A stretch of 64,000 nucleotides of DNA, from the NCBI GenBank assembly GCA_905479325.1, contig CAJQLW010000010.1, positions 1,333-65,332 on the forward strand, given 5' to 3'. Below are positions 28,610-38,500 of this stretch, in pieces. Source of the stretch: an uncultured Flavobacteriales bacterium. GTDB lineage: Bacteria > Bacteroidota > Bacteroidia > Flavobacteriales_E > Vicingaceae. Each line of letters starts with the position of its first letter. Within the stretch, counting starts at the first letter, position 1. The notes beneath the pieces were generated by a model. It worked only from the letters and a program-made list of their open reading frames with translations, made no database searches and was not told the DNA's origin. A program made the position numbers and the translations under genes.

Positions 28610-29650
28610 ATGAAAAAAATAGCCTTACTCCTTTCTATAGCCTCCTTGGCAGTTAGTGCTAACGCACAAGTGTTACAATTTGATAACGAAGCAATAACCA
28701 CCGACTTTGTGAATAATTTGTCCATTTATGCAGATGCGTTTGTTAGTCCGTTATTAGGAACATATAGTCCGGCTCAAGTTGCTTCTAACCATATTTCCGC
28801 AAAAACGCTGAAACCCTTTGCTGTTGGACTTGGAATAAGCGCTTCTGGTACCACGGTGAAAGCAGACCAAATAGAATATAACTTTAACGACTTGGGTTTT
28901 TCAAACAAGCTGACGCTTGCAAATCCAGATAAACCAATTATTCCAAGCATTTTAGGCGGAAATACCACTGCTCAATTTCTGTATGAAGTGGAAGATGAAA
29001 CAGGAATTTATTCCTACCAACAGAGTATTGAAGTTCTAGATGGTTTCACTTCGATAGAAAACACCATTCCTTCAGCGGCAATCAATTTAAGTGTTGGCCT
29101 TCCATTGAACACTGAAGTTTTTCTTAGGGCCTTACCTGAAATTGAAATTGATGGACTACAAAATTATGTTGTAGGTGGTGGTGTGAAACATGTTGTATCG
29201 CAATATTTTCAAGAAAACGATGATCCTGAGTTTAATGTAGCTCTTGCAGGATATGTTGGCAAGACCAAATTTACCCTTATTCCAAAAAACTTTTTAGAGG
29301 CAGAAAATCAAGAGGTTGTATTTATTGACAACACCTATTCAGGGGAGTTAATCGCCTCGTATGACAAAAAGTTTTTCTCGATTTTTGGTTTGGTTGGATT
29401 TTATTCAGGTAGTACAGAATTTGCAATTAATGGTACATATCGCTATGAAGTAGAACAGAGTGGACTTATACAAGAAGCGTTTGTAAGTAAAAATCCTGTT
29501 AGTTTAAAAGGAGAAAATTCGGGAATTCAGACGCAAATTGGGGCATCGCTTAACTTTTCTCATTTTGGTGCGCTTGCATTAAGTTACGCTATGGCTGAAA
29601 GTAATACGGTTGCATTTAACCTCAGGTTTTATATTAATAACGGAGAGTAA
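28610..29650 (+). CDS. Outer-membrane beta-barrel-like hypothetical protein
   Basis: Signal peptide (…SANAQ) and alternating beta-strand pattern. The C-terminal strand ends …VAFNLRFYINNGE. Confidence 0.45.
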   Translation: MKKIALLLSIASLAVSANAQVLQFDNEAITTDFVNNLSIYADAFVSPLLGTYSPAQVASNHISAKTLKPFAVGLGISASGTTVKADQIEYNFNDLGFSNKLTLANPDKPIIPSILGGNTTAQFLYEVEDETGIYSYQQSIEVLDGFTSIENTIPSAAINLSVGLPLNTEVFLRALPEIEIDGLQNYVVGGGVKHVVSQYFQENDDPEFNVALAGYVGKTKFTLIPKNFLEAENQEVVFIDNTYSGELIASYDKKFFSIFGLVGFYSGSTEFAINGTYRYEVEQSGLIQEAFVSKNPVSLKGENSGIQTQIGASLNFSHFGALALSYAMAESNTVAFNLRFYINNGE

Positions 29651-30131
29651 AATAAGTTGATTCAACAGCTAAGCCTACAGTCTGCTCATCTCCTTTTATT
29701 CGAGAAACATTCTGAATGTTTTCCTCTTCTTGTTTGCTCGCAATTGCTTGCAACATTTCTTCTTGAATATCTACAGCATAAACCAAGCCTTTCGAGGTAA
29801 TTGGAGCCATTTTAAAAACATGGTAGCCTGAACCTGCTCCAATGTCAGCAATGGTATCATTTACTTCAATTTGCATGTTCTGAATCAATAATTTGGTTTG
29901 CTCCTCTTTCTCTCGCTCAGTTCTTTCCAACCAACCTATTCCCTGAAAACCCATTACGTAGGCAATTTCTCGTCCCATGTACCATTTTCCTATGCCGTTT
30001 GGGTCTCCTTTTTGGAAATTGTATGCTTGAGAAGCAGGGACAGTTTCGGTTGAATTATTTTGGGCAACACAACCGGTCAAGACACTAAATACAATTGCAA
30101 ATGGTAAGAGAAATTGAAAGTTTAAAATCAT
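29634..30131 (-). pseudogene. Class I SAM-dependent methyltransferase (secreted/lipoprotein type), apparently 3'-truncated
   Basis: Lipobox (LTGC), motif I IADIGAGSGY and post-I VYAVDIQ are present. The ORF stops about 40 aa after motif post-I, inside the 3' end of the convergent gene, so the rest of the Rossmann fold is missing. Confidence 0.5.
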
Positions 30132-30299
30132 GTGGAATTATGTGTATAACCTTAATCAAACAAAAAAAGTTGAGGGAAGTTTAGGCCGTGCTTTGTGTTT
30201 GATGGATACTGTTATATCTTGCGAAAATTAGTGGTTTAACGCTGCAAATGATGCTCAATTCTGTTCTACAGTTTTTATAAAAACATAAGCTAAACAAGG

Positions 30300-30668
30300 G
30301 TGTTATCAATTACCATGTTTGGAACTAAAATTATTACTCTTTTTGTAGCTTTCTGTTTTACCGGATACGGCATCACCTGTCTATTTTCTGAAAAAATGGT
30401 AAATGAGTTTCAGCGTTTTGGTTTAACTGACCTGCAACGAAAGCTTACTGGTGTACTTCAAATTTTAGGAAGTATAGGGCTAGTGGTTGGATACTTCTTC
30501 TACCCTGCTTTAGCCCTATTTTCAGCAATCGGGTTAAGCCTACAAATGTTATTGGGTTTTGCCGTCCGTATCAAAATAAAAGATGGCTTTTACGATAGTT
30601 CACCATCGTTTGTATTTATGGTTTTAAACGGCTATTTAGCTTACGCTTACTACCTACTTCTGCTATAA
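30300..30668 (+). CDS. DoxX-family membrane protein
   Basis: About 120 aa with four TM helices and a DoxX-like pattern. The likely start is the ATG at 30315. Confidence 0.55.
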   Translation: MLSITMFGTKIITLFVAFCFTGYGITCLFSEKMVNEFQRFGLTDLQRKLTGVLQILGSIGLVVGYFFYPALALFSAIGLSLQMLLGFAVRIKIKDGFYDSSPSFVFMVLNGYLAYAYYLLLL

Positions 30669-31025
30669 CAATGCAATTGCCAAACACATCGACAAAAACA
30701 AGAATGCAGGAAATGATTTAGATACATCATCCTTCACCTTTATATGCATTAGAACTGAGCCTGAAAGTACAATTGCCAATCCATATGCAGCTATTTCCTT
30801 GAACTCAGTATAGTGTATAGAAAGTAAAAGTAAAATTGCCAAGCCTACCTTTAAAAAGCCAACCAAGTAAAACATGAATTCCGGTAATCCATAAACGCTA
30901 AATTCTTCTTTCAGTGTTTTGGCAGCTCCTCCCCTCCATTTTGAAGGTTTATTTGATTGCACGAGCCATACATTTAGCAAACTAAGCGCCACGATAAGCT
31001 GAAGTAAAATAACAAGGTATTCCAT
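30663..31025 (-). CDS. DoxX-like membrane protein
   Basis: 120 aa with four TM helices and the motif EEFSVYGLPEFMFYLVGFLKVGLAILLL. Confidence 0.55.
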   Translation of the reverse strand: MEYLVILLQLIVALSLLNVWLVQSNKPSKWRGGAAKTLKEEFSVYGLPEFMFYLVGFLKVGLAILLLLSIHYTEFKEIAAYGLAIVLSGSVLMHIKVKDDVSKSFPAFLFLSMCLAIALL

Positions 31026-31205
31026 AACTTTTGAATTAAAGGTTCACTCATTACAACAAATAGAAGCAAAATTGTTTCAATTAAATACAAGTGTAATCAT
31101 TCTAGAGGTTGACAACTAGTAGAATTTCACAATGCATCAAGATACTTCACAGTTTTGCACAAGCTAGTGTCCTCAACGCTTAGATAATTTGCTCTTGACC
31201 TTTTC

Positions 31206-32239
31206 TTACTCTTTGATCAATCGCTTTCGAAGTTTTCTTCCAAAACCAATCGACGGTTTTTCAATAAGTGAATAGGTGAAATGAGAAAAAAGTAGCGTGA
31301 CAAGCAGTACAACAAGCACTTTTAAATAGCCATTTAGCGAGTTTAAAAAGGCGAGCTGCTGAATGACAACAATGGCCAATGGATGAAAAACGTAGACGGA
31401 TAACTTATTTTCCCTGAATATTCCATCGCTTGTGAAGATCGCTTCAATTTACAAATTGCTACAAATAGCAAAAGGCCTATAAAATATGACAGTGTATATT
31501 TCTCCCAAGTTTCATGGAATCCAAAGTCATAATTATATCCTAAATAACTAATAGTGGGTATTGTAATAAAGTAAATAAAGAAATAGTAGTTCGATAGTTT
31601 TTTTGCTTCGGTATCTTTCTCTAGTACATAATACCGGTAATAAGAGCTAAAATACATGATGGATAAGCTCAGTGGAAGCGCTAACGGTAATTTTACCAAC
31701 AGAATATTTCTAGCCACTGCCATTGCGAGTGCAATAAGTAGAAAAAATACCGAGGTTTGAAAGAGAAATCTCTTACTGTAAAGCCGGTTAAAAATGAAGG
31801 TAAGGGCGATTAGGAAATAGAAAATTAATTCTAATTGTAAGGTCCAGTACAATCCGATGATATTTTTGACACCAAAAAATTGCTGTAACATGGTAAGGTT
31901 CATTAGCAACTCTTGGTAATTGAACGTACCGTATAAAATAAAGCCCAAAATAGCAGAAACCCAATAAACAGGATAAAGTCTAAAAAACCGAGAAATTCCA
32001 AAGCTTTTTAAAGCACTTCTCCCCTCACCTTTAATACTGTAAGGAATAACAAAGCCGCTTGTTAGAAAAAAAAGAATCAGAAATATTTTACCGAGGTCTA
32101 AATAGGACTCAGTAAAATTGGCAATTGCGACGAGCTCAAGGTTGGTTTCGCTAAATGACGCAATGGCATGAGCAAACAAAACCCCAATAGCCGCTAACCC
32201 ACGTGCACTGTCCAAATAACCTAACCTCTCTTGTCTCAA
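31206..32239 (-). pseudogene. Acyltransferase family 3 (OafA-like) gene with a single-nt frameshift near 31397..31400
   Basis: ORF 31343..32239 starts with the typical GYLDSARGLAAIGVLFAHA. The canonical C-terminus (VYVFHPLAIVVIQQ…FSHFTYSLIEKP…) is encoded in another frame, 31206..31448. The two join at GKISY|VYVFH. Confidence 0.7.
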
Positions 32240-32409
32240 ATGATTTGAATTTAAAGCCGTTCCCTAAACGCGCTTTATTCAGCCCACAAAAGTAAGGTAT
32301 TTAACAGATTGCTATCTAACATAAACCGGTCGTTTTATTCCATATGCCAAAACAAAAGAGCCCATCCCGTTTTTGCAGAATGAGCTACTTTAAAAACTAA
32401 CCACAAAAA

Positions 32410-32565
32410 CTAATCTTTCACGCCTAACTTCCCTAAAATAATGTCCATTAGACACCACTTGGTGAAGGAAGACTGTAATAGGTTGGCTCCCACAAAAGCG
32501 GTAAACCACAACCATGATATGTTTACATAAACGATTACTTGAAGTAAAATAATAAGATATTCCAT
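32410..32565 (-). CDS. 51-aa membrane peptide, DUF2892 (YgaP C-terminal)-like
   Basis: ATG at 32565. The product MEYLIILLQVIVYVNISWLWFTAFVGANLLQSSFTKWCLMDIILGKLGVKD carries the GxNLLQSxFTxxC motif. Too short for the ORF track. Confidence 0.4.
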   Translation of the reverse strand: MEYLIILLQVIVYVNISWLWFTAFVGANLLQSSFTKWCLMDIILGKLGVKD

Positions 32566-32925
32566 AGTGTTAGTTTAGGACCTGCATCTAAGTAACAATT
32601 AAATTAACATTTGTTTCGATTTTACTCAAACAGTTTAAAATAGCCTTTTGATTCGCCAATTTTTTACTTGGCTAATGTCCTATGAATAACAACACCTGCA
32701 CACCTTCCATTTGGCCAAGAACCTCTTTGATTTCAGCAAAACATAAGCATCTACCTTAAAAGGCAAATTGTGCGCAGCAAAATAGGTTTAATAATCATGG
32801 ATTATTCCTTCAATTATCAAATCAAAATATATTCACGAAAAAAAACACAAAAGCGAAGGAAGAACATTTAGCTAACGTCTAATTAACAATATTTTTACAA
32901 TTGATTCATATTTTGAAGCGACACT

Positions 32926-33333
32926 ATGTTTAAAATCAATCATTCAATACCTGCTATTCTGTTGTTAATAGCTGTTCCATTTTTTTACTCTTGCAGAAAA
33001 GGTTCCGGTCCTGGAGGAAAAGCAACAATAAGTGGTAAAATCTTTGAATATAAATACAACAACGAGTTCACTAATTTACAGGGTTCTTATTTCAAAGGAG
33101 ATCACGACGTATTTCTTCAATACGATGGTGACAACACTTATTCAGAAAAAACAAGCACGCATTACGATGGCACCTTTGAATTTGAATATTTACTCCCGGG
33201 AGATTATACCGTTTATACTTACTCAAAAGATTCCTCTTTAACTACTCCCGGTTCTATTGCGATAATCCGTGAAGTAGAGATTGAAAAGAAAGAAACCGTA
33301 GACTTAGGAACAATTGAGGTTTATGAAGATTAA
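32926..33333 (+). CDS. Small lipoprotein with a carboxypeptidase-regulatory-like (Ig-like beta-sandwich) domain
   Basis: Lipobox (FFYSC) and motif DGTFEFEYLLPGDYTVY. First gene of the overlapping operon. Confidence 0.45.
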   Translation: MFKINHSIPAILLLIAVPFFYSCRKGSGPGGKATISGKIFEYKYNNEFTNLQGSYFKGDHDVFLQYDGDNTYSEKTSTHYDGTFEFEYLLPGDYTVYTYSKDSSLTTPGSIAIIREVEIEKKETVDLGTIEVYED

Positions 33334-34057
33334 ATCAATTTTTCTTTTCTCACTATTTGGATTGACTTTTCTTTTGCCAACGGACGTTATAAGCCAAACG
33401 GAAAGTACTGACGCTTGGTTGAGTACCACTTTGGGTTACGAAATACTTGACGACTTAGATATTAAAATAGAGCTCGGTCATCGTCGAGAAAACTTCTATT
33501 CAAGTAGACTATACTCAGACTTAGTTTTAAAATATAAACTAAACGATTTTGCTAAGATTGGCATGGCTTGGAGGCATTCTGCTGAGCCTGATCCATTTGA
33601 TGTAGAAGACTTAAGTAATCGTTTCAATGTTGATTTTTCTGGAAAGGTTAAGCGAAATGACATTGGATTGAATTACCGTCTTCGATACCAAACCAAATAC
33701 AACAACTGGACAGTAAGTGAAGATGGAACCACCCCTACCCAAACTGTGCGAACAAGACTTTTATTGGAATACAAATTGAACAAGGACTGGCAATTTGATG
33801 CAGGATCTGAAGCATTTATAAGATTAAGCTACAACGAGCCTTATTATCTGAATAAAGTAAGGTACATTGCAGGTTTTGAATATCGAATCAATAAATCGCA
33901 AGTCATTGCATTGCACTACATTTTGCAAAAAGAAGTTCAAGAGGCAAATCCACATACTTCTCATATTATTTCAGTTGACTATTCTGTAGATGTAAAACGA
34001 GTATTGAAGAAGCTAAAAAAGAAACGTAAAAAGAAGAGAAAAGCAGCAGCAAAGTAA
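33323..34057 (+). CDS. DUF2490-like outer-membrane protein with a polylysine C-terminal tail
   Basis: The ATG at 33323 gives a signal peptide (MKIKSIFLFSLFGLTFLLP). Repeated beta-hairpin pattern. Ends in KKLKKKRKKKRKAAAK. Overlaps the upstream stop; TAATG junction with the next gene. Confidence 0.55.
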   Translation: MKIKSIFLFSLFGLTFLLPTDVISQTESTDAWLSTTLGYEILDDLDIKIELGHRRENFYSSRLYSDLVLKYKLNDFAKIGMAWRHSAEPDPFDVEDLSNRFNVDFSGKVKRNDIGLNYRLRYQTKYNNWTVSEDGTTPTQTVRTRLLLEYKLNKDWQFDAGSEAFIRLSYNEPYYLNKVRYIAGFEYRINKSQVIALHYILQKEVQEANPHTSHIISVDYSVDVKRVLKKLKKKRKKKRKAAAK

Positions 34058-34830
34058 TGAGTTGGGATAAAATAAATAACGCTTTAAAGCATTTTACAAC
34101 TATTTCTTTAAAAGAAATGGATGCTGTGAAATTAATGAACCGTGTGGAGACCAAGTTCATTTTCACATTGGAAGAATTGCCCGAATTACTTTCTTCTATC
34201 GAAGAATTCTATAAAGTGGTAAAAATTGAAGACAAGACAATTCTGTCTTACGAAAGCTTCTACTTCGACGATAAAGATCACTTCTTTTATAATGAACACC
34301 TTAGAGGTAGGCAGGATCGTTATAAAGTTCGGTATCGACGATACGTAGATTCTAACCTTACCTTTTTTGAAGTAAAACATAAAAGAAAGGGCAGAACTCG
34401 TAAGACTCGAATAAAAACTATCGCACATCAAACAGAGCTCGGAACCGAAGAACAAAGTCTTTTAAAAGAATTGAGCGTTCCAAAAATTGACCTTATTCCC
34501 TCTATTTCTAATAGTTACAAACGAATTACTCTAGTAAATAAAACTTCGGTAGAACGTTTAACGCTCGATATTGATTTGAGGTTTGAGCATAAAGACACAA
34601 AAAATGAATTGTCTGATTTAGTAATTGCTGAACTAAAACAAGAACGAATTACGAGAAGCAGCCCGTTTTATTTAGCAGCCAAGAGATTGCATCTTCGCCC
34701 TTTTAGGCTCAGCAAATATTGTACAGGATTAGTTCAAATGAAAGAGCTTAACGGCCTTCGATTCAATAGATTTAAAAAGAAATTATTACACATCAATAAA
34801 TTATCAAATTATGGAGTTAACCTGGTTTAG
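34057..34830 (+). CDS. VTC-domain (polyphosphate-polymerase-like, triphosphate tunnel fold) protein
   Basis: MNRVETKFIF…YESFYFDD…H..GRQDRYKVRYRRY…TFFEVKHKRKGRTRKTRI matches the bacterial VTC domain pattern. Confidence 0.8.
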   Translation: MSWDKINNALKHFTTISLKEMDAVKLMNRVETKFIFTLEELPELLSSIEEFYKVVKIEDKTILSYESFYFDDKDHFFYNEHLRGRQDRYKVRYRRYVDSNLTFFEVKHKRKGRTRKTRIKTIAHQTELGTEEQSLLKELSVPKIDLIPSISNSYKRITLVNKTSVERLTLDIDLRFEHKDTKNELSDLVIAELKQERITRSSPFYLAAKRLHLRPFRLSKYCTGLVQMKELNGLRFNRFKKKLLHINKLSNYGVNLV

Positions 34831-35422
34831 TACTGACGTATTTCGCTTATTATTTAGAATGTCTATTAACATTATTGTTTTAACGATAATTATTCGATTT
34901 CTATACTATCCTGTTGCAAAAAGAAAAGACTATCTCTTTACATATTACCTCATTGGTTTTATCACCTTTTTTATCTGCTTTGCCTTAAAAAAGTTAGATA
35001 TCGATACGGGGATGGGTCTTGGTTTATTTGCCATCTTTGGAATCATTCGCTACCGTACAGACACAGTAGAAATTAAAGAAATGACCTACCTCTTTATCGT
35101 AATTGGATTGAGTGTGATTAATTCACTTGCCTCTAACCAAATATCAATGATTGAACTGGGTGTAATTAACCTTTCAATTATATTAATCACCTTCTTTTTA
35201 GAAAAGCTTTGGTTATTAAAACATGAAACTCGCAAGGTGATTAACTATGATAATATCGAGTTCATTAATCGCAATAATCATCTTGAACTTAAGCAAGACC
35301 TTGAAGCAAGAACAGGTATTGTAATAAGTCGTTTGGAAGTTGGTAGAATAGACTACTTGACCGACACCGCTAAAGTGACGATCTTTTATTACGAGTCGGA
35401 TCAGAAAGAACTCAGCATTTAA
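34811..35422 (+). CDS. DUF4956-family membrane protein
   Basis: Four TM helices and the motif GLGLFAIFGIIRYRT. 20-nt overlap with the VTC gene. Confidence 0.75.
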   Translation: MELTWFSTDVFRLLFRMSINIIVLTIIIRFLYYPVAKRKDYLFTYYLIGFITFFICFALKKLDIDTGMGLGLFAIFGIIRYRTDTVEIKEMTYLFIVIGLSVINSLASNQISMIELGVINLSIILITFFLEKLWLLKHETRKVINYDNIEFINRNNHLELKQDLEARTGIVISRLEVGRIDYLTDTAKVTIFYYESDQKELSI

Positions 35423-35526
35423 CTGTGGTACATACGAAGAACTGTTCAAAGTTTCTTTATTGATTTTCTTTTAGTTATTTTTACCATAAGTCTAAGGTCG
35501 ACATTGATCTTTTAAGAAACTTAATT

Positions 35527-38500
35527 ATGGTAAAATCAACTCAATGGAACAGATTGTTAATGCTCTGTTCATTCTCTCTAATTTCATTATTCAATACCCA
35601 AGCTCAGCATGTAAGTGTAGGCAGCGGCGGCTATACCAACTCCTTTCCCGGAACAGATGCAGCAGGCAGAAACACCTACCCTACTGGTACACCATACACC
35701 ATTGGGAATGCAGCTGGTAAACCAATTCCAACAAACGATTGGTGGTCAGCCAAAGTAAAAAATGCTCATGCTGATAACCTTTTCAACTATCCGTTTACCA
35801 TGAAAACCAAGAATACGGGCTTGGTAACCACATATATTCCATGGGGCGTAATTGACAACATAGAGCCTGTAATTGTGGGTGTAACCGGCTTAAATGCAGG
35901 TGCAGCAAATGTTTCAAACTTTACCGACTGGACCATTACCATGGACTGGCAAAATTCAAACCATCATTTCACAGCAACTACTGGAATTGGAATGCCCTTC
36001 ATTTATTTTGAAAAGGATTCTAGTGATGTAGCCCAGATTGTAGTGAATCAAGGAACGGTTACCATAGCGTCTGAAATGCTAATCATTAACAACCTAAGAA
36101 ATGGAGCTGACTTTGCAGTTTATGCACCTGTGGGCAGTACTTGGTCTCAAAGCGGAAATACCTATACTTCTACCCTGAATGGGAAAAACTATTGGTCAAT
36201 GGCTTTTATACCACTTACTTCAACCAATGTTACAGCCACTGCTAATGCATATAAAAGCTATGCGTATGTTTTTCCAACTAACACCACTGCTACATGGAAC
36301 TACAACCAAGTCAACGGAGAGGTAACGACAGATTTCACCGTAACTACCACACTAAAAGAAGGAACTAACAACAACATGCTGATCGGTTTGCTTCCTCACC
36401 AATGGAATAACTTGAGTGCAACTTCAGCACAGCCAACCGGTTTATCATACAGCACGGTTCGAGGAGAGCTAAAAACCTTGGTAGGAAACTCATTTCAAGT
36501 GTCGAACACTTTTTATGGAATATTGCCAACCCTGCCTTACTTAGACTTTTACAGCAACAGCTTTAATCCTGGTAATCTGGATGATAAGATTGATGGAATC
36601 AAAAATGACCAGCTCGATACTTGGACTGACTCATACAATGAAGGTCAGCTGATGAATCGCTTAATTCAAACGGCAAGAGTTGCTGATTTAATGGGTGATA
36701 CTGCTTCAGTAAATACCATTGTAAATACGGTAAAAGAGCGTTTAGAAGATTGGTTAAAATCTGAGCCTGGCGAAATCGCATTTCTTTTTTATTACAATTC
36801 AACATGGACTAGCTTAATTGGTTACCCTGCCGGACACGGTCAAGATGGGAACCTTAACGACCATCATTTTCATTGGGGATACTTTATTCATGCTGCTTCA
36901 TTTATAGAGCAGTTTCAACCAGGTTGGGCAGCCAATTGGGCACCGATGGTTAATTTATTGGTGCGCGATGCAGCTAGTGATAATAGGAATGATGCCAACT
37001 ATCCTTTTTTACGAAACTTTAGTCCTTACGCAGGACATTGCTGGGCAAATGGATTTGCAAGTTTTCCACAAGGAAACGACCAAGAATCTACCTCTGAAAG
37101 CATGCAATTCAATTCCTCTTTAATTCATTGGGGCAGCGTAACAGGCAACACAGCAATTCGAGACTTAGGCATATACTTGTATACTACCGAGCAAACTGCT
37201 ATTGAAGAATACTGGTTCGATCAGTACAATCGAAATTTTCAAGCCAGTCAACAATACAGCTTGGTTTCAAGAGTTTGGGGAAACAGTTACGATAATGGTA
37301 CATTTTGGACAAGTGACATTGCAGCGTCTTATGGAATAGAAATGTATCCAATTCACGGAGGCTCTTTGTATTTAGGTCACGACACCAATTATGTGAATCG
37401 TTTGTGGAATGAAATTGAGGTAAATACAGGTATATTGTCGAATCAGGCTAACCCTAACCTTTGGCATGATGTATATTGGCAATATTTGTCTTATGTAGAC
37501 CCTTCAAAAGCCATTCAGCTTTATGATTCTTATCCAGATCGAGATTTTAAATTTGGAGTATCAGACGCTCAAACCTACCATTGGCTGCATGCCATGAATG
37601 TTTTGGGAACGGTTGATGCAACAGTGACTTCAGACCATCCCATTGCCGCTGTTTTTAACAAAGGCAATACAAAAACATATGCAGCACACAATTACAGTAG
37701 TAACCCAATTACAGTAACTTTCTCAGATGGATTTACACTGCAAGTTCCGGCTCAAAGTATGGCGACAAGTAGAGATGTAGCTGTTGAAGGAGTTTTGACG
37801 AGCGACTATAATGAAGTATACCCAAATGGTAGCTTACCGCTCAGACTTTCAATTACATCAGGAACGCCGACTAAGGTTGAGTTTTTACAAGATGGTGTAT
37901 TATTAGGACAAGATACAACGGCTCCATTTGAGTTTACTGCTACCAACATTACCTCAGGAAAACACAGGTTTTATGCACGAATTTATGTTGGAAATGAATT
38001 TAAACTTTCCAATATGCTCACTATCCTTTCAGGAGATCAACTTCCTTTTTTAAGCACACCAACAGCAATTCCGGGAACAATTGAACCAGGCAACTACGAC
38101 TTATTTGAAGGTGGCTCAGGCAATGGAGTTGCTTACCAAGATGTAGATCGAAGAAACAATGGCGATTATAGAACGGAAGAGGCTGTCGACGCCACAGATG
38201 ATGCCACTGAAGGAAAAACCGTTGGCTGGATTGCGCCCGGAGAATGGTTGGAATACACCATTGATGTTCAAACTGCAGGCTTTTATAATGTCGCCGTTAG
38301 ATATGCCTCTGGAAATACCTCAGGAGGTGGCCCGTTTCACTTAATTTCAGGAACAGATACCATTCAAACCTTTAATGGTTTAAACTACACAGGTGGTTGG
38401 AATACGTGGGGTACACGGTCAATTAATTACATTCCGCTTAAAAGTGGAGTTCAGGTAATTCGATTGGCTTTTGAACGAGGAGAATTTAATCTAGGCAGAT

